This document shows positions 27,703 through 37,792 of a stretch of 62,829 nt of DNA, in pieces. Source of the stretch: Candidatus Nealsonbacteria bacterium (GTDB lineage Bacteria > Patescibacteriota > Minisyncoccia > Minisyncoccales > DAOVPY01). The position numbers and the translations under genes were made by a program. The DNA lies in NCBI GenBank assembly GCA_030628945.1, contig DAOVPY010000004.1, positions 1-62,829 on the forward strand, written 5' to 3'. Under the pieces are notes generated by a model, which searched no databases, had not been told where the DNA came from, and saw only the letters and a program-made list of their open reading frames with translations. The first letter of the stretch is position 1. Every line of letters begins with the position of its first letter.

Positions 27703-28413
27703 ATGATTAAATTTGATATTATTACAATCTTTCCGGAAATTTTTAATTCTTATTTTCAGGAATCCCTTATCAAACGCGCCGTTAAAAAACGGCTGATTAA
27801 GATTAATATCCGAAATTTAAGGGATTATACCGCTGATAAACGCCATACTGTTGACGACCGTCCCTTTGGGGGAGGCATTGGAATGGTGTTAAAAATTGAA
27901 CCGATATATCAATGCGTTCAGCGAATATTAAGCAAAAAACCTAAAACCTGTAACCTAAAACCTAAAACCTTAACAATATTATTTACGCCGAGAGGAAAAA
28001 AATTTAATCAGAAAATGGCTTATCAATTTTCTAAATTGGACCGGCTGATTCTGATTTGCGGCAGATATGAAGGCGTGGATGAAAGAGCGGCAAAGCATAT
28101 CGCTGATATGGAATTATCCATCGGCGATTATGACTTAATGGGCGGCGAACTGCCGGCAATGGTGGTTGTTGAAACAATATCCCGCTTAATTCCAGGAGTA
28201 ATCAACAATCCCCAGCTGTTAAAAGAAAGAATCCCAACTGCGAGCAACAGGGACGGAAGGGGATTTATTGAATACCCGCAATATACCCGACCCGAAATTT
28301 TTTCGCCTTGCTCTCGCCAAAAAGAAATAAAGTGGCGAACGCCAAAAGTTTTATTATCGGGGGACCACAAAAAAATCGCTGACTGGCGGAAAAAACACTC
28401 AAAAATAATATGA
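27703..28413 (+). CDS. trmD: tRNA (guanine37-N1)-methyltransferase
   Basis: VDDRPFGGGIGM, CGRYEGVDER, SIGDYDLMGGE, EYPQYTRP. Confidence 0.97.
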   Translation: MIKFDIITIFPEIFNSYFQESLIKRAVKKRLIKINIRNLRDYTADKRHTVDDRPFGGGIGMVLKIEPIYQCVQRILSKKPKTCNLKPKTLTILFTPRGKKFNQKMAYQFSKLDRLILICGRYEGVDERAAKHIADMELSIGDYDLMGGELPAMVVVETISRLIPGVINNPQLLKERIPTASNRDGRGFIEYPQYTRPEIFSPCSRQKEIKWRTPKVLLSGDHKKIADWRKKHSKII

Positions 28414-29873
28414 TAATAATCAATGAATTAAGAAAAAAACGGCTCAAAAAATTGAAAACGATTAAAGAAAGCGGGATTAATCCTTATCCGGAAAAGACGA
28501 AAAGAACTTTTTCAGCAACTGAAATTTTAATAAATTTCAAAAAACTGAAAAACAAAAAACAAAGGGTGACAGCGGTTGGCAGGATTAAATCTATCAGAGA
28601 GCATGGCGGTTCAACTTTTCTCAATTTTGAAGACGGAACAGGAAAAATCCAGGCATATCTCAGGCGAAATAAATTAGGCGAAAAAGGATATAAATTTTTC
28701 TTAGACAACTTTGATATCGGTGATTTTATTGAAATTTCCGGAATTTTGTTTGAAACCAAAAAAGGAGAAAAAACCATTGAGGTCTCGGATTTCAAAATGT
28801 TAGCGAAAGCTTTATTGCCCTTGCCGGAAAAATGGCATGGCTTGAAAGACATTGAAGAAAGATACAGAAAAAGATATTTAGACCTGCTCTTTAACCCGGA
28901 AGTTAAAGAAAAATTTATTTTGCGGACAAAAATTATCAAAGAAATCCGCGATTTTTTAGACAAAAAAGGATTTTTAGAAGTGGAAACGCCAATTTTGCAG
29001 CCAATATACGGCGGAGCAAAGGCAAAACCGTTCAAGACCCATTTAAATGCTTTAAATATGGACTTGTATTTGAGAATTGCCATGGAGCTTTATCTGAAAC
29101 GTTTATTGGTTGGCGGTTTTGAAAATGTCTATGAAATCGGAAGAATTTTCAGAAACGAGGGCATGGACAAAGCCCACAATCCGGATTTCACTATGCTTGA
29201 GTTTTACCGGGCTTATACTGATTACAAAGATTTAATGAAATTTACAGAACAATTGTTTGTAAATTTAGTTAAAAAAATATTCAAAAAAACAGAAATAGAA
29301 TATGAAGGCAAAAAAATTGATTTCACGCCGCCCTGGCAGAGGATTGAATTTTCCCAGCTTTTGAGAAAATACGCAAAAATTAATTTAGAAGATATAAATG
29401 AAAAAGCCCTGGCAAAAAAAGCCATGGAATTGGGCATTAAAACAGAAAAGGGCTCTGGAAAATCGGAAATTGCCGACGCAATTTATAAAAAAATCTGCCG
29501 TGGACATATCTGGCAGCCAAGCTTTGTTCTCCACCATCCTTTGGGCAGTTTTCCTTTGGCTAAAGCGTCAGAGAAAAATCCAGACAAGCTGGCAAATTTT
29601 CAGCTGGTAATCGGGGCATGGGAAATAGCTCTTGGTTTTTCCGAGCTTAATGATCCGGTTGAACAAAGAAAAAGATTTGAAGAACAGGAAAAGCTCCTCA
29701 AAAAAGGATTTGAGGAAGCGCAGAGAAAGGACGAAAATTTCTTAGAGGCGCTGGAACACGGAATGCCGCCTACCTCGGGTTTTGGAATGGGAATAGACCG
29801 ATTAGCCGCCCTGCTTACCAATTCACATAGTTTGCGGGAAGTGATACTTTTCCCCACAATGCGCCCAAAATAA
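28410..29873 (+). CDS. lysS: Lysine-tRNA ligase (class II)
   Basis: LPEKWHGL, YLRIAMELYLKRL, FRNEG..HNPDFTMLE, GMPPTSGFGMGIDR. Confidence 0.98.
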   Translation: MIIINELRKKRLKKLKTIKESGINPYPEKTKRTFSATEILINFKKLKNKKQRVTAVGRIKSIREHGGSTFLNFEDGTGKIQAYLRRNKLGEKGYKFFLDNFDIGDFIEISGILFETKKGEKTIEVSDFKMLAKALLPLPEKWHGLKDIEERYRKRYLDLLFNPEVKEKFILRTKIIKEIRDFLDKKGFLEVETPILQPIYGGAKAKPFKTHLNALNMDLYLRIAMELYLKRLLVGGFENVYEIGRIFRNEGMDKAHNPDFTMLEFYRAYTDYKDLMKFTEQLFVNLVKKIFKKTEIEYEGKKIDFTPPWQRIEFSQLLRKYAKINLEDINEKALAKKAMELGIKTEKGSGKSEIADAIYKKICRGHIWQPSFVLHHPLGSFPLAKASEKNPDKLANFQLVIGAWEIALGFSELNDPVEQRKRFEEQEKLLKKGFEEAQRKDENFLEALEHGMPPTSGFGMGIDRLAALLTNSHSLREVILFPTMRPK

Positions 29874-29880
29874 AACGCTC

Positions 29881-30028
29881 GGAATGCTGGTTTCAGGGGT
29901 CGCTCGCCAGCCCCAGCGTGGCTGGCTCGCTCACGCAAGGCAGTATAAATTGCTCGCTCTCCTCGCTCACTCCGTTCGCTCGGAACCATGCTTATCTGCA
30001 GCCTTGAGTGTCCCTGAAACCACATTCC
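29881..30028. repeat. ~150-bp multibranch foldback element between lysS and serS
   Basis: GGAATG-C-TGGTTTCAGGG pairs with CCCTGAAACCA-CATTCC; inner stems GCCAGC/GCTGGC and CACGCAAGGC/GCCTTGAGTG; CTCGCT-rich. Confidence 0.7.
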
Positions 30029-30042
30029 TCGCTTAAATATTT

Positions 30043-31322
30043 ATGTTAGATATTAAATTTATAAGAGAAAATCCAAAGAAAGTGAAAAAAGGCTGTAAAG
30101 ACAAGCAAGTCAAAATTGATATTAACCATATTTTGGATTTGGATAAAAAAAGGCGGGAGATTTTGCTCGCTTTGGAGGATTTAAGAGCCAAAAAAATAAA
30201 GCGAGTAAAGACATTGCCGTTGCCAAAAATAAAAGAGACAAAAAACGCTTTGCTAAAATTATTCTCCAGATGCAAGAGTTGGATAAAAACAACGACCAAA
30301 TTGACGAAAAATTCAAAAAAACCGCGGAAGAATTTAATAAACTAATGCTTCAAATTCCGAATTTGCCAACAGATGACGCGCCAATTGGAAAAAACGAAAA
30401 AGACAATAAGGTATTGCGAAAAATAGGGGATAAGCCAAAATTTAATTTTGAGCAAAAAGATTACTTGGAAATCGCGGAAAAATTAGGCCTTATTGATGTA
30501 AAAAGAGCGGCTAAGGTTGCGGGCAGCCGTTTTGGCTATCTTAAAAACCAGGCTGTTTTATTGGAATTTGCTTTGGTGAATTTGGTTTTTGAAACCCTGC
30601 TCAAAGAGGATTTTACTCCGGTTATTCCGCCGGTAATGTTAAAATCAAAAATGGCTCAAGGAACAGGATATTTTGAAGCAACAGACATTGAAGATGCGTA
30701 TTTTCTGCCAAAGGACGATTTATTTTTAGTCGGCACCTCTGAACAATCTTTGCTTACTATGCGCGCCGACGAAATTCTGGAAGAAAAAGAATTGCCGAAA
30801 AGATACGTTGGATTTTCCACTTGTTTCCGCAGGGAAGCCGGCGCTTATGGCAAAGATACTAAAGGGATTCTCAGGGTTCATCAATTTGATAAATTAGAAA
30901 TGTTTAGTTTTTGCAGACCTGAGCAATCAAAAAAAGAGCATCAATTTTTTCTCTCAATGGAGGAAAAATTGATGCAAGCGTTAAAATTGCCGTATCAAAT
31001 AATCAATATCTGCACCGGCGATTTGGGTTTTCCAGCCGCCGCAAAATACGACATTGAGGCATGGATTCCTTCGGAAAATCGCTATCGCGAAACCCACTCA
31101 ACATCAAATTGCACGGATTTTCAGGCAAGGCGGTTGAACATCCGCTATCGTGATTCAAAAACGCAAAAATTGGACTTTGTCCACACTGTCAACGGCACTG
31201 CGTTCGCCATTGGCAGAACCCTTATCGCCATTATTGAAAACTATCAACAAAAAAACGGAACCATTTTAGTCCCGCAAATTCTCCAAAAATACTTAGGATT
31301 TAAAATTATTTCTAAAAAATGA
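30043..31322 (+). CDS. serS: Serine-tRNA ligase, interrupted by a 1-nt frameshift at A7 (30190-30196)
   Basis: MLDIKFIRENP start; adding one A restores LRAKKNKASKDIA into the catalytic ORF with GTSE, FRREAG, RVHQFDK, HTVNGT. Confidence 0.93.
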
Positions 31323-32101
31323 AAACCCTAATTATTCTTCACGGCTGGCAGAGCTCAAAAGAAAAATGGCAGGCAGTAGAGCAGGGGATTAAGGAACAAG
31401 GAATTAAGGTTATTGCCCCTGACCTGCCCGGTTTTAAAAAAGAGACAGAACTCACTAAACCTTGGAATCTAGACGATTATGTAGATTGGTTCAAGCGCGA
31501 ACCCGAGACCCGACGTCGGGGCTATAGCCCCGACGTCGGGTCTCGGGTTTCTTCTCGAGTTTCTAATTATCAAAAAGCTCGTCCTAATCGAAACGAAAAG
31601 TTTTTTTTGTTGGGACATTCTTTTGGCGGACGCATTGCCATAAAATTCGCCGCTAAATATCCGGAAAAACTAAAAGGCCTGATTTTGGTTTCATCCGCAG
31701 GAATAAAACATAAAAGAACCCCTTATGTTCGCGCAATTCTTGATATAGCAAGAATTGCGCGGCAATGCCGTTTTGCGCCGTTTTATCCTTTTCTCCGGAA
31801 AATTTTTTACAAATATGTCTTAAGAAGAACCGATTATATTAACACGGAAAAAATGCCCAATCTTAAAGAAACTTTCAAAAATATAATTCAAGAGGATTTA
31901 TTTCCTTATCTATCTCAAATTAAGACTCGCACTTTAATCATCTGGGGCGAGAAAGACAAAATAACGCCTTTGTCTGACGCTGAACTAATGAATAAAAAAA
32001 TCCAGAATTCCAAACTGGAAATTCTGAAAAACACGGGCCACGCCCCTTATTTGGAAAACCCGGAAATTTTAGCAAATAAAATCACAAAATTTATTTCATA
32101 G
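31319..32101 (+). CDS. Alpha/beta hydrolase
   Basis: LHGW, APDLPGF, GHSFGG nucleophile elbow, WGEKD, GHAP. Confidence 0.92.
   Translation: MKTLIILHGWQSSKEKWQAVEQGIKEQGIKVIAPDLPGFKKETELTKPWNLDDYVDWFKREPETRRRGYSPDVGSRVSSRVSNYQKARPNRNEKFFLLGHSFGGRIAIKFAAKYPEKLKGLILVSSAGIKHKRTPYVRAILDIARIARQCRFAPFYPFLRKIFYKYVLRRTDYINTEKMPNLKETFKNIIQEDLFPYLSQIKTRTLIIWGEKDKITPLSDAELMNKKIQNSKLEILKNTGHAPYLENPEILANKITKFIS
31500..31549. repeat. Perfect 50-bp palindrome in-frame in the hydrolase
   Basis: AACCCGAGACCCGACGTCGGGGCTA/TAGCCCCGACGTCGGGTCTCGGGTT with no spacer. Confidence 0.9.
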
Positions 32102-32103
32102 AT

Positions 32104-33657
32104 ATGTTTTTTGTTTTAGGATTTTTTTGGTTTATCAGGACAGCAAAAATAATTTTGTTTTGGGCTTATCTCTGGCAATTGAAGGAATATCATCTCGGCA
32201 GGTTTAGGGCGCATTTTAGCACTGCAAAAGGAAAAGAACTCATATTTAATAAACTTCTGTTTTTGAAAATTGCCCTGTTGCTGGGCTTTTTGTTTTCCAG
32301 CGTTTTTATTGGCTTTGGCTTGGGATTGTTTAACTTTGCGCTCTTGCTTCCATTGATTCTTTTGTTTTTATATCTGATTGAGGCCGCAAAAGCTCTCAAA
32401 GATTTTTTCCAAAAAAAATTAAAAAGGCCTGTTCTAACCAAAAAAACAAGCGTAATTTTATTTTTCGCTTTTGTTTTATTCGCTTTTGCGCCTGTTTTCT
32501 TATGGCAGGAAATTCAACAAAGCAAAATTATTTTTGACAGGCCGAATTTGCATAGATTTTGTTTTTGGCTCTTAATGATTGATGTTTTTACTCCCTTAAT
32601 TGTTTCTTTAATTGTTCTGGCTTTCCAGCCATTAACTATTTTAATCAGAAACAGAATTATAAAAAGAGCCAAACAAAAACGAGAGAAATTTAAGGACTTG
32701 CTCGTTATTGGTATTACCGGCAGTTACGGCAAGACATCAACAAAAGAGTTTTTATACACAATTTTGTCTGAATCTGAAAAATATAAAAACAAAGTTCTAA
32801 AAACCAAAGAACACCAAAATTCTGAAATCGGGATTTCTCAATGCATTTTAAACGACTTAAAGTCGGAGCATAAAATTTTTATTTGCGAAATGGGCGCTTA
32901 TAATATGGGAGGGATAAAACTGCTTTGCGAGATTGCGCAGCCAAAAATCGGAATTCTTACGGGCATCAACGAACAGCATATGGCAACTTTTGGCTCGCAG
33001 GAAAATATTATTAAAGCAAAATTTGAACTAATTGAGAGTTTACCAGCAGACGGAACAGCTTTTTTCAACAAAAAAAATAAACATTGTTTAGGGCTTTTTC
33101 AAAAAACCAAAATCAATAAGATACTTTATGGAGAGGGAACAGGTTTGGTTGATTCAGAGAATATTGCCGGAGCCATAAGCGTGGCTAAGGAATTGGGAAT
33201 GAGCGAGGAAGAAATTGCTCATAGCAAAGAAAAAATTAAACCCTGGCCCCAATTTAAAAAAGGAATAAATGGTTTAAATATCATTGACGCCACTTATTCG
33301 GCAAATCCCAATAGCGTAATTGCCCATCTTGATTATTTAAAAACCTGTGAAGGCAAGAAGATAATTATTATGCCCTGTCTAATTGAACTTGGCAAGGCAA
33401 CAAAAGAGGTCCATCAGAAAATAGGGGAGAGGATAGGCAAAATTTGCGATTTAGCGATAATTACAACCAAAGAATGCTTTGACGAAATTAAAAAATCCGT
33501 TGTAAAAAGCGGAATGGAAAAAGAAAATATTTTATTTATTGAAAACCCGGAAACAATCTTAAAAAAAATAAAAGAATTCTGCAAAGCAGGGGACATAGTA
33601 TTGCTGGAAAGCCGGTTGCCAAAAGAATTGGTTGTGGGATTATTAAAAATAGGGTAA
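32104..33657 (+). CDS. murF: MurF-like Mur ligase with N-terminal TM region
   Basis: GITGSYGKTSTKE, CEMGAY, NEQHM, IIDATYSANP. Confidence 0.75.
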   Translation: MFFVLGFFWFIRTAKIILFWAYLWQLKEYHLGRFRAHFSTAKGKELIFNKLLFLKIALLLGFLFSSVFIGFGLGLFNFALLLPLILLFLYLIEAAKALKDFFQKKLKRPVLTKKTSVILFFAFVLFAFAPVFLWQEIQQSKIIFDRPNLHRFCFWLLMIDVFTPLIVSLIVLAFQPLTILIRNRIIKRAKQKREKFKDLLVIGITGSYGKTSTKEFLYTILSESEKYKNKVLKTKEHQNSEIGISQCILNDLKSEHKIFICEMGAYNMGGIKLLCEIAQPKIGILTGINEQHMATFGSQENIIKAKFELIESLPADGTAFFNKKNKHCLGLFQKTKINKILYGEGTGLVDSENIAGAISVAKELGMSEEEIAHSKEKIKPWPQFKKGINGLNIIDATYSANPNSVIAHLDYLKTCEGKKIIIMPCLIELGKATKEVHQKIGERIGKICDLAIITTKECFDEIKKSVVKSGMEKENILFIENPETILKKIKEFCKAGDIVLLESRLPKELVVGLLKIG

Positions 33658-33716
33658 AATATAATAAAAGGCACCGGAAAGGTACCTTATTAATTGAATA
33701 AATTATTCGTTCTATA

Positions 33717-34043
33717 TTAATCTATATAAAACAAAATTATTCCAACAATTATCACTATCGCTATAATACTAGTTATAATACATAATATTATTGATAGAAT
33801 AAAGCATATCGAAAAAATTAGTTGTGACCACGCTCCAAGTGTTACAAAAGAAGCAATAAATGGTTCAATAGATGACTCCATTATGTGGCAATAAATCAAT
33901 GGCCCCGCAAATGGAATAAGACCTAGCAATGAAGCGAGTAAGGCCAAAATACCATAAAGAAATGCCGCAATTCCAGCCGTGAGTCCCATTGTCAGCGCAA
34001 GCAATACGCCTATACACAAAAACACCAACTTTATCAATCCCAT
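33717..34043 (-). CDS. Small hydrophobic membrane protein
   Basis: Predominantly hydrophobic helices; ATG at 34043 preferred. Confidence 0.6.
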   Translation of the reverse strand: MGLIKLVFLCIGVLLALTMGLTAGIAAFLYGILALLASLLGLIPFAGPLIYCHIMESSIEPFIASFVTLGAWSQLIFSICFILSIILCIITSIIAIVIIVGIILFYID

Positions 34044-34081
34044 TTTTTTCGTTTTCAACTCCTATATTATTTAAAAGAACT

Positions 34082-34537
34082 ATGTCTTTCAAATATATTT
34101 TATCATACAAGGTTATAATCATCTTGTCAATACCTGTATTGGCAATGAGTTTAATTTTGCCAAATTTCTGTTTTGCCCAAACAGCAGAAACTCCAAAAGA
34201 TTTTGAAGAGGCAAAAGGATTTGGGATGAAAATCATAAAATCTCTGCCTGACGCTACAAGAGGCGCCTGGGGCGAAGCAAAGGGGATTTGGCAAAGAACA
34301 TGGGTTAAATGGTGGCGCAATGATATTAAACCCTGGTTTCGAGCTATGTGGTATAAAAGGGCTAAACCCTTTACTGACAGAATAATAAACAAAGTAAGGA
34401 CTCTTTTGGGTCAGGAAATTGAAAAAAGAGAACCAATTCTGAAACAAGAATTTGAAAAAGAAAAGCAAGAATTAAAACAGGAACTTCCGGGGATTAGCAA
34501 AGGACTTTGGGAAAGATTTAAAGAGTTATTAAAATAG
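34082..34537 (+). CDS. Hypothetical secreted/membrane-anchored helical protein
   Basis: Signal-like segment ending CFAQ; Trp-rich amphipathic helix; EFEKEKQELKQELP tail. Confidence 0.7.
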   Translation: MSFKYILSYKVIIILSIPVLAMSLILPNFCFAQTAETPKDFEEAKGFGMKIIKSLPDATRGAWGEAKGIWQRTWVKWWRNDIKPWFRAMWYKRAKPFTDRIINKVRTLLGQEIEKREPILKQEFEKEKQELKQELPGISKGLWERFKELLK

Positions 34538-34572
34538 TATCTAATACTGGCAGGGAAGCGGGATTTTTCCCC

Positions 34573-34601
34573 TTGACAGGCCTTTTGGACCTGTTTATTA
34601 T
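34573..34601 (+). promoter_or_regulatory. sigma70 promoter of the Xer-like gene
   Basis: TTGACA, 17 nt, TATTAT. Confidence 0.65.
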
Positions 34602-34703
34602 GAAAGAAAGAAGTGAGTATAATATCTCTAACACTCATTACTTCGTTGCTTCGCTCCTCAGGAATGAGCGTTAGATTATTCCCTACATCAATATCTTAAT
34701 TAT

Positions 34704-35638
34704 ATGTTAAATTATCTTGAAGATTTTCTTCTTCATATCCAAACAAATAACTATTCTTTAGAAACGCTTTATAATTATGAGCGGGATTTAAAGACATTTG
34801 AAAATTTTCTGAAAAAAGAAATAAAAATTCCTTTTGAGAAAATTACTAAAAAAACTATAGAACAATATAAGGCCTATTTAGTGTCTTGCGACCGCAAGAC
34901 CGCCATGGGCCAAAACCCAAGAAAAATCTAACTGCCGGCTCAATAAACCGCATTCTTTCAAGTTTGCGCCGATACCTGAAATACTTAATTAAAATGGACT
35001 ATAAAACCCCTATTGCTCCTGAAGCTATTGAACTCTTGCGGACAGAAAAAAAACATCCTCGGGTTTCAGGGTTTGAGGAAATAGTAAAATTAATCGAGTC
35101 ACCTGCTCAATTTGAGAAAAACAAAAAAGTCGGCCTTCGCAATCGGGCAATGTTAGAGGTGTTGTTTTCTACGGGAATGAGAATTTCTGAACTAATAAAT
35201 TTAAAAACCGTCCAAATTGATAAAACCGGCCGGGTTTTTATCAAAGGAAAAGGCAAGAAAGAAAGATTTGTTTATTTGACGCCCCGGGCTCAAAGACATA
35301 TTAAAAAATATCTGGAGATGCGTGGCGGAAGCGAGTCGCCTTATTTATTTATTCCCTACCGGGGAAAAAACATTCATCAGAAAGATAAAAAAATCTCCCC
35401 CAACTATTTAGAGGATAAAGTGAAGAAATATAGAGAATTATTGGGTTTCAATATTCCGATTTCGCCGCACTCAATTCGCCACGCCTTTGCGACTTATTTA
35501 GCGGAAAGCGGTGCTAATCCAGTTGCTATCCAAATTCTTTTAGGCCACGAATCCTTGGACACTACTACTCGCTATGTTCACGCTTCTGACCGCTACGCCG
35601 AAAAAATGCATCATAAATACCACCCCTTAAAAGAATGA
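34704..35638 (+). CDS. XerC/XerD-like tyrosine recombinase, split by a 1-nt frameshift near 34912-34926
   Basis: N-terminal SAM-like domain (TLYNYERDL); RNRAMLEVLFSTGMRISEL, GKGKKER, HSIRHAFAT, LGHESLDTTTRY. Confidence 0.88.
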
Positions 35639-35793
35639 TTATCTGATTGTTCAATTTGCAGGGGTTGTTTTTCTTGGCATTTTGCCGTGATATAGCCAAC
35701 AGCAAAAGAAAGCAAGGAAATCAAAATAACGCCAATAATTAAGATTATATCTTCTTGATATTTTTTGACAAAATGAGGGAAGTTTGATAACAT
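35611..35793 (-). CDS. Small single-TM protein
   Basis: MLSNF...IILIIGVILISLLSFAVGYI; divergent from rpmA. Confidence 0.65.
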   Translation of the reverse strand: MLSNFPHFVKKYQEDIILIIGVILISLLSFAVGYITAKCQEKQPLQIEQSDNHSFKGWYL

Positions 35794-35801
35794 AATATTG
35801 T

Positions 35802-36077
35802 ATGGCAAAGACCAAATCAGCCGGCGCAACCCGATTGGGCCGGGATTCCAGACCAAAATATTTGGGCGTTAAACTCTACGCCGGACAAAAAACCAAGCCC
35901 GGCAGTATTATTATTCGCCAGCGCGGAACAAAATTTCTGCCCGGGAAAAATGTCAGACGGGGCAGAGACGACACTCTCTACTCTGTTAAGGAGGGCGTGG
36001 TTAAATTTACCACAAAACGCAAGAAAAAATTTGACAAAAGCCAACGGATAGTTAAAATTGTAAATGTAGAAACTTAA
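35802..36077 (+). CDS. rpmA: 50S ribosomal protein L27
   Basis: [33 protein letters not shown]. Confidence 0.97.
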   Translation: MAKTKSAGATRLGRDSRPKYLGVKLYAGQKTKPGSIIIRQRGTKFLPGKNVRRGRDDTLYSVKEGVVKFTTKRKKKFDKSQRIVKIVNVET

Positions 36078-36127
36078 AATAAAAATAGGAGGTAAGAAAG
36101 AAGAAATGAACTGAGTAAAACATAATT

Positions 36128-36153
36128 AAGGAAGACACTTCTAAGGTCTTCCT
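36128..36153. terminator. Hairpin/terminator between convergent rpmA and pyrG
   Basis: AAGGAAGAC...GTCTTCCTT. Confidence 0.55.
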
Positions 36154-36154
36154 T

Positions 36155-37783
36155 TTATTTCTTTATACACGTTCTTATAAATTCTCTGAACAACGGATGG
36201 GGGTTCAGGGGTCGGGATTTGAATTCCGGATGGAACTGGGTTGCCACAAAGAAAGGATGATTTTTTAACTCTATAATTTCCACGAGGTTTCTTTCAGGGT
36301 TTATACCGGCCATTACCATGCCTTTTTGCTCTAAAACCTCTTTAAACGCGTTATTTAGCTCGTAGCGGTGTCTGTGCCGCTCAGATATATCAGAACACTT
36401 ATAAGCCCGAAAACTAATGGTTTTAAGCTTTATTTTACACTTATAAGCGCCTAATCTCATTGTAGCGCCATATTTTTTTTCTTTTAGCAGGGCTTTCTGG
36501 TCCGGCATTACATCAATTACCGGCTCCTGGCAATCAGGCGATAATTCAATGGAATTTGCTTTTTTTAGTTCGCAGACATTTCGGGCGAATTCTATTACAG
36601 CAAGCTGCATTCCAAAACATAATCCCAAAAAAGGGATTTTATTTTTGCGGCAGAATTCAATGGCTTTTATTTTGCCATTTACTCCCCTGCTTCCAAAACC
36701 GCCCGGCACAATTATCCCGTTATAATTTTTAAGTTCCTTGACAGATTTCGGATTTGTTTCATAATTTTCCGCGTTGAGCCAATAAATTTTCGGCTTTCTT
36801 TTATAAAACCAACAACTATGCTTAATTGCTTCAATTACTGAAATATAACTATCTTTCAAAACAAATTCTCCGGTTTTAAAATATTTTCCCACTATGCCTA
36901 TTTTTATTGGATTTTGAGCTGTTTTGATTGTCTTTACCAATTTCTTCCAATCTCTTAAATCTTCTTTTGTTTTCGGCTTGAGATTAAATTTTTTTAGAAT
37001 CTTTATCCCCAACTTATCTTTCTCAAAACTTATCGGCACCTCATAGATTGATTCAATATCAGGAGCCGAGATAACGTTTTCTCTGGAGATATTGCAGAAA
37101 ATTGATATTTTTCTTTTACGGGGTTCGTCCAATGGAACTACTGACCTGGCTAAAATTATGTCCGGCTGGATACCGGCGGAATTCAGAGTTCTCACCGCGT
37201 ATTGGGTTGGCTTAGTTTTCATCTCCCCTATTATTTTCGGCACCGGCACATAACTCACTAAAATAAAAAGAATATCTTTGGGAGTTCGCAATTTCATCAT
37301 TCGCGCCGCCTCCAGAAAAAGCATATTTTGGTACTCCCCCACTGTGCCGCCGATTTCTATTAAAACAAAATCAGCCCTGTTTTTTTTGGCTGATTTTGTA
37401 ATTCGGGAGATTACCTCATTAGGGATGTCGGGAACGACCTCAACACATCGGCCGCCATACTCCAGATTTCTCTCCCGATTTATCACTGCCTGATAGACCC
37501 TGCCTGTAGTAATATAATTATCAGTGCTTAAATTTTCGTCTAAAAATCTTTCGTAATTTCCCAGATCCTGGTCGCATTCTGTTCCGTCATCGGTTACAAA
37601 AACCTCTCCATGTTCAACGGGATTCATTGTTCCAGCGTCAACATTAACATAAGGATCAATTTTAACCGCGGTTACCTTAAATCCTTTGCTTTGCAGAATT
37701 CTGCCGATTGAGGCCGTGGCCACCCCCTTGCCAATACCGGACATTACGCCGCCGGCAACAAAAATAAATTTTGGCATAGCCAA
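36155..37783 (-). CDS. pyrG: CTP synthase
   Basis: GGVMSGIGKG, KIDPYVNVDAGTM, GLCFGMQ, ERHRHRYE, QFHPEF. Confidence 0.98.
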   Translation of the reverse strand: MAMPKFIFVAGGVMSGIGKGVATASIGRILQSKGFKVTAVKIDPYVNVDAGTMNPVEHGEVFVTDDGTECDQDLGNYERFLDENLSTDNYITTGRVYQAVINRERNLEYGGRCVEVVPDIPNEVISRITKSAKKNRADFVLIEIGGTVGEYQNMLFLEAARMMKLRTPKDILFILVSYVPVPKIIGEMKTKPTQYAVRTLNSAGIQPDIILARSVVPLDEPRKRKISIFCNISRENVISAPDIESIYEVPISFEKDKLGIKILKKFNLKPKTKEDLRDWKKLVKTIKTAQNPIKIGIVGKYFKTGEFVLKDSYISVIEAIKHSCWFYKRKPKIYWLNAENYETNPKSVKELKNYNGIIVPGGFGSRGVNGKIKAIEFCRKNKIPFLGLCFGMQLAVIEFARNVCELKKANSIELSPDCQEPVIDVMPDQKALLKEKKYGATMRLGAYKCKIKLKTISFRAYKCSDISERHRHRYELNNAFKEVLEQKGMVMAGINPERNLVEIIELKNHPFFVATQFHPEFKSRPLNPHPLFREFIRTCIKK

Positions 37784-37792
37784 TTAAAAATT

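Noticed and set aside
29600-30025. 141-aa minus-strand ORF and the many other short antisense or overlapping ORFs in the track (e.g. 48783-49139, 61249-61467, 62140-62364)
   Set aside because: Shadows of real genes, rRNA or GC-rich hairpins; no recognisable motifs.
29881-30028. T-box leader for serS
   Set aside because: No T-box consensus or antiterminator/terminator pair; T-boxes are not expected in this lineage.
34685-34712. dif-like right arm ATATGTTAAAT next to the Xer gene
   Set aside because: It overlaps the ATG TTA AAT start codons, and no XerC-type left arm is present.
36086-36118. AGGAGGT followed by ATG AAC TGA mini-ORF
   Set aside because: Two codons only, with long spacing; no evidence of function.
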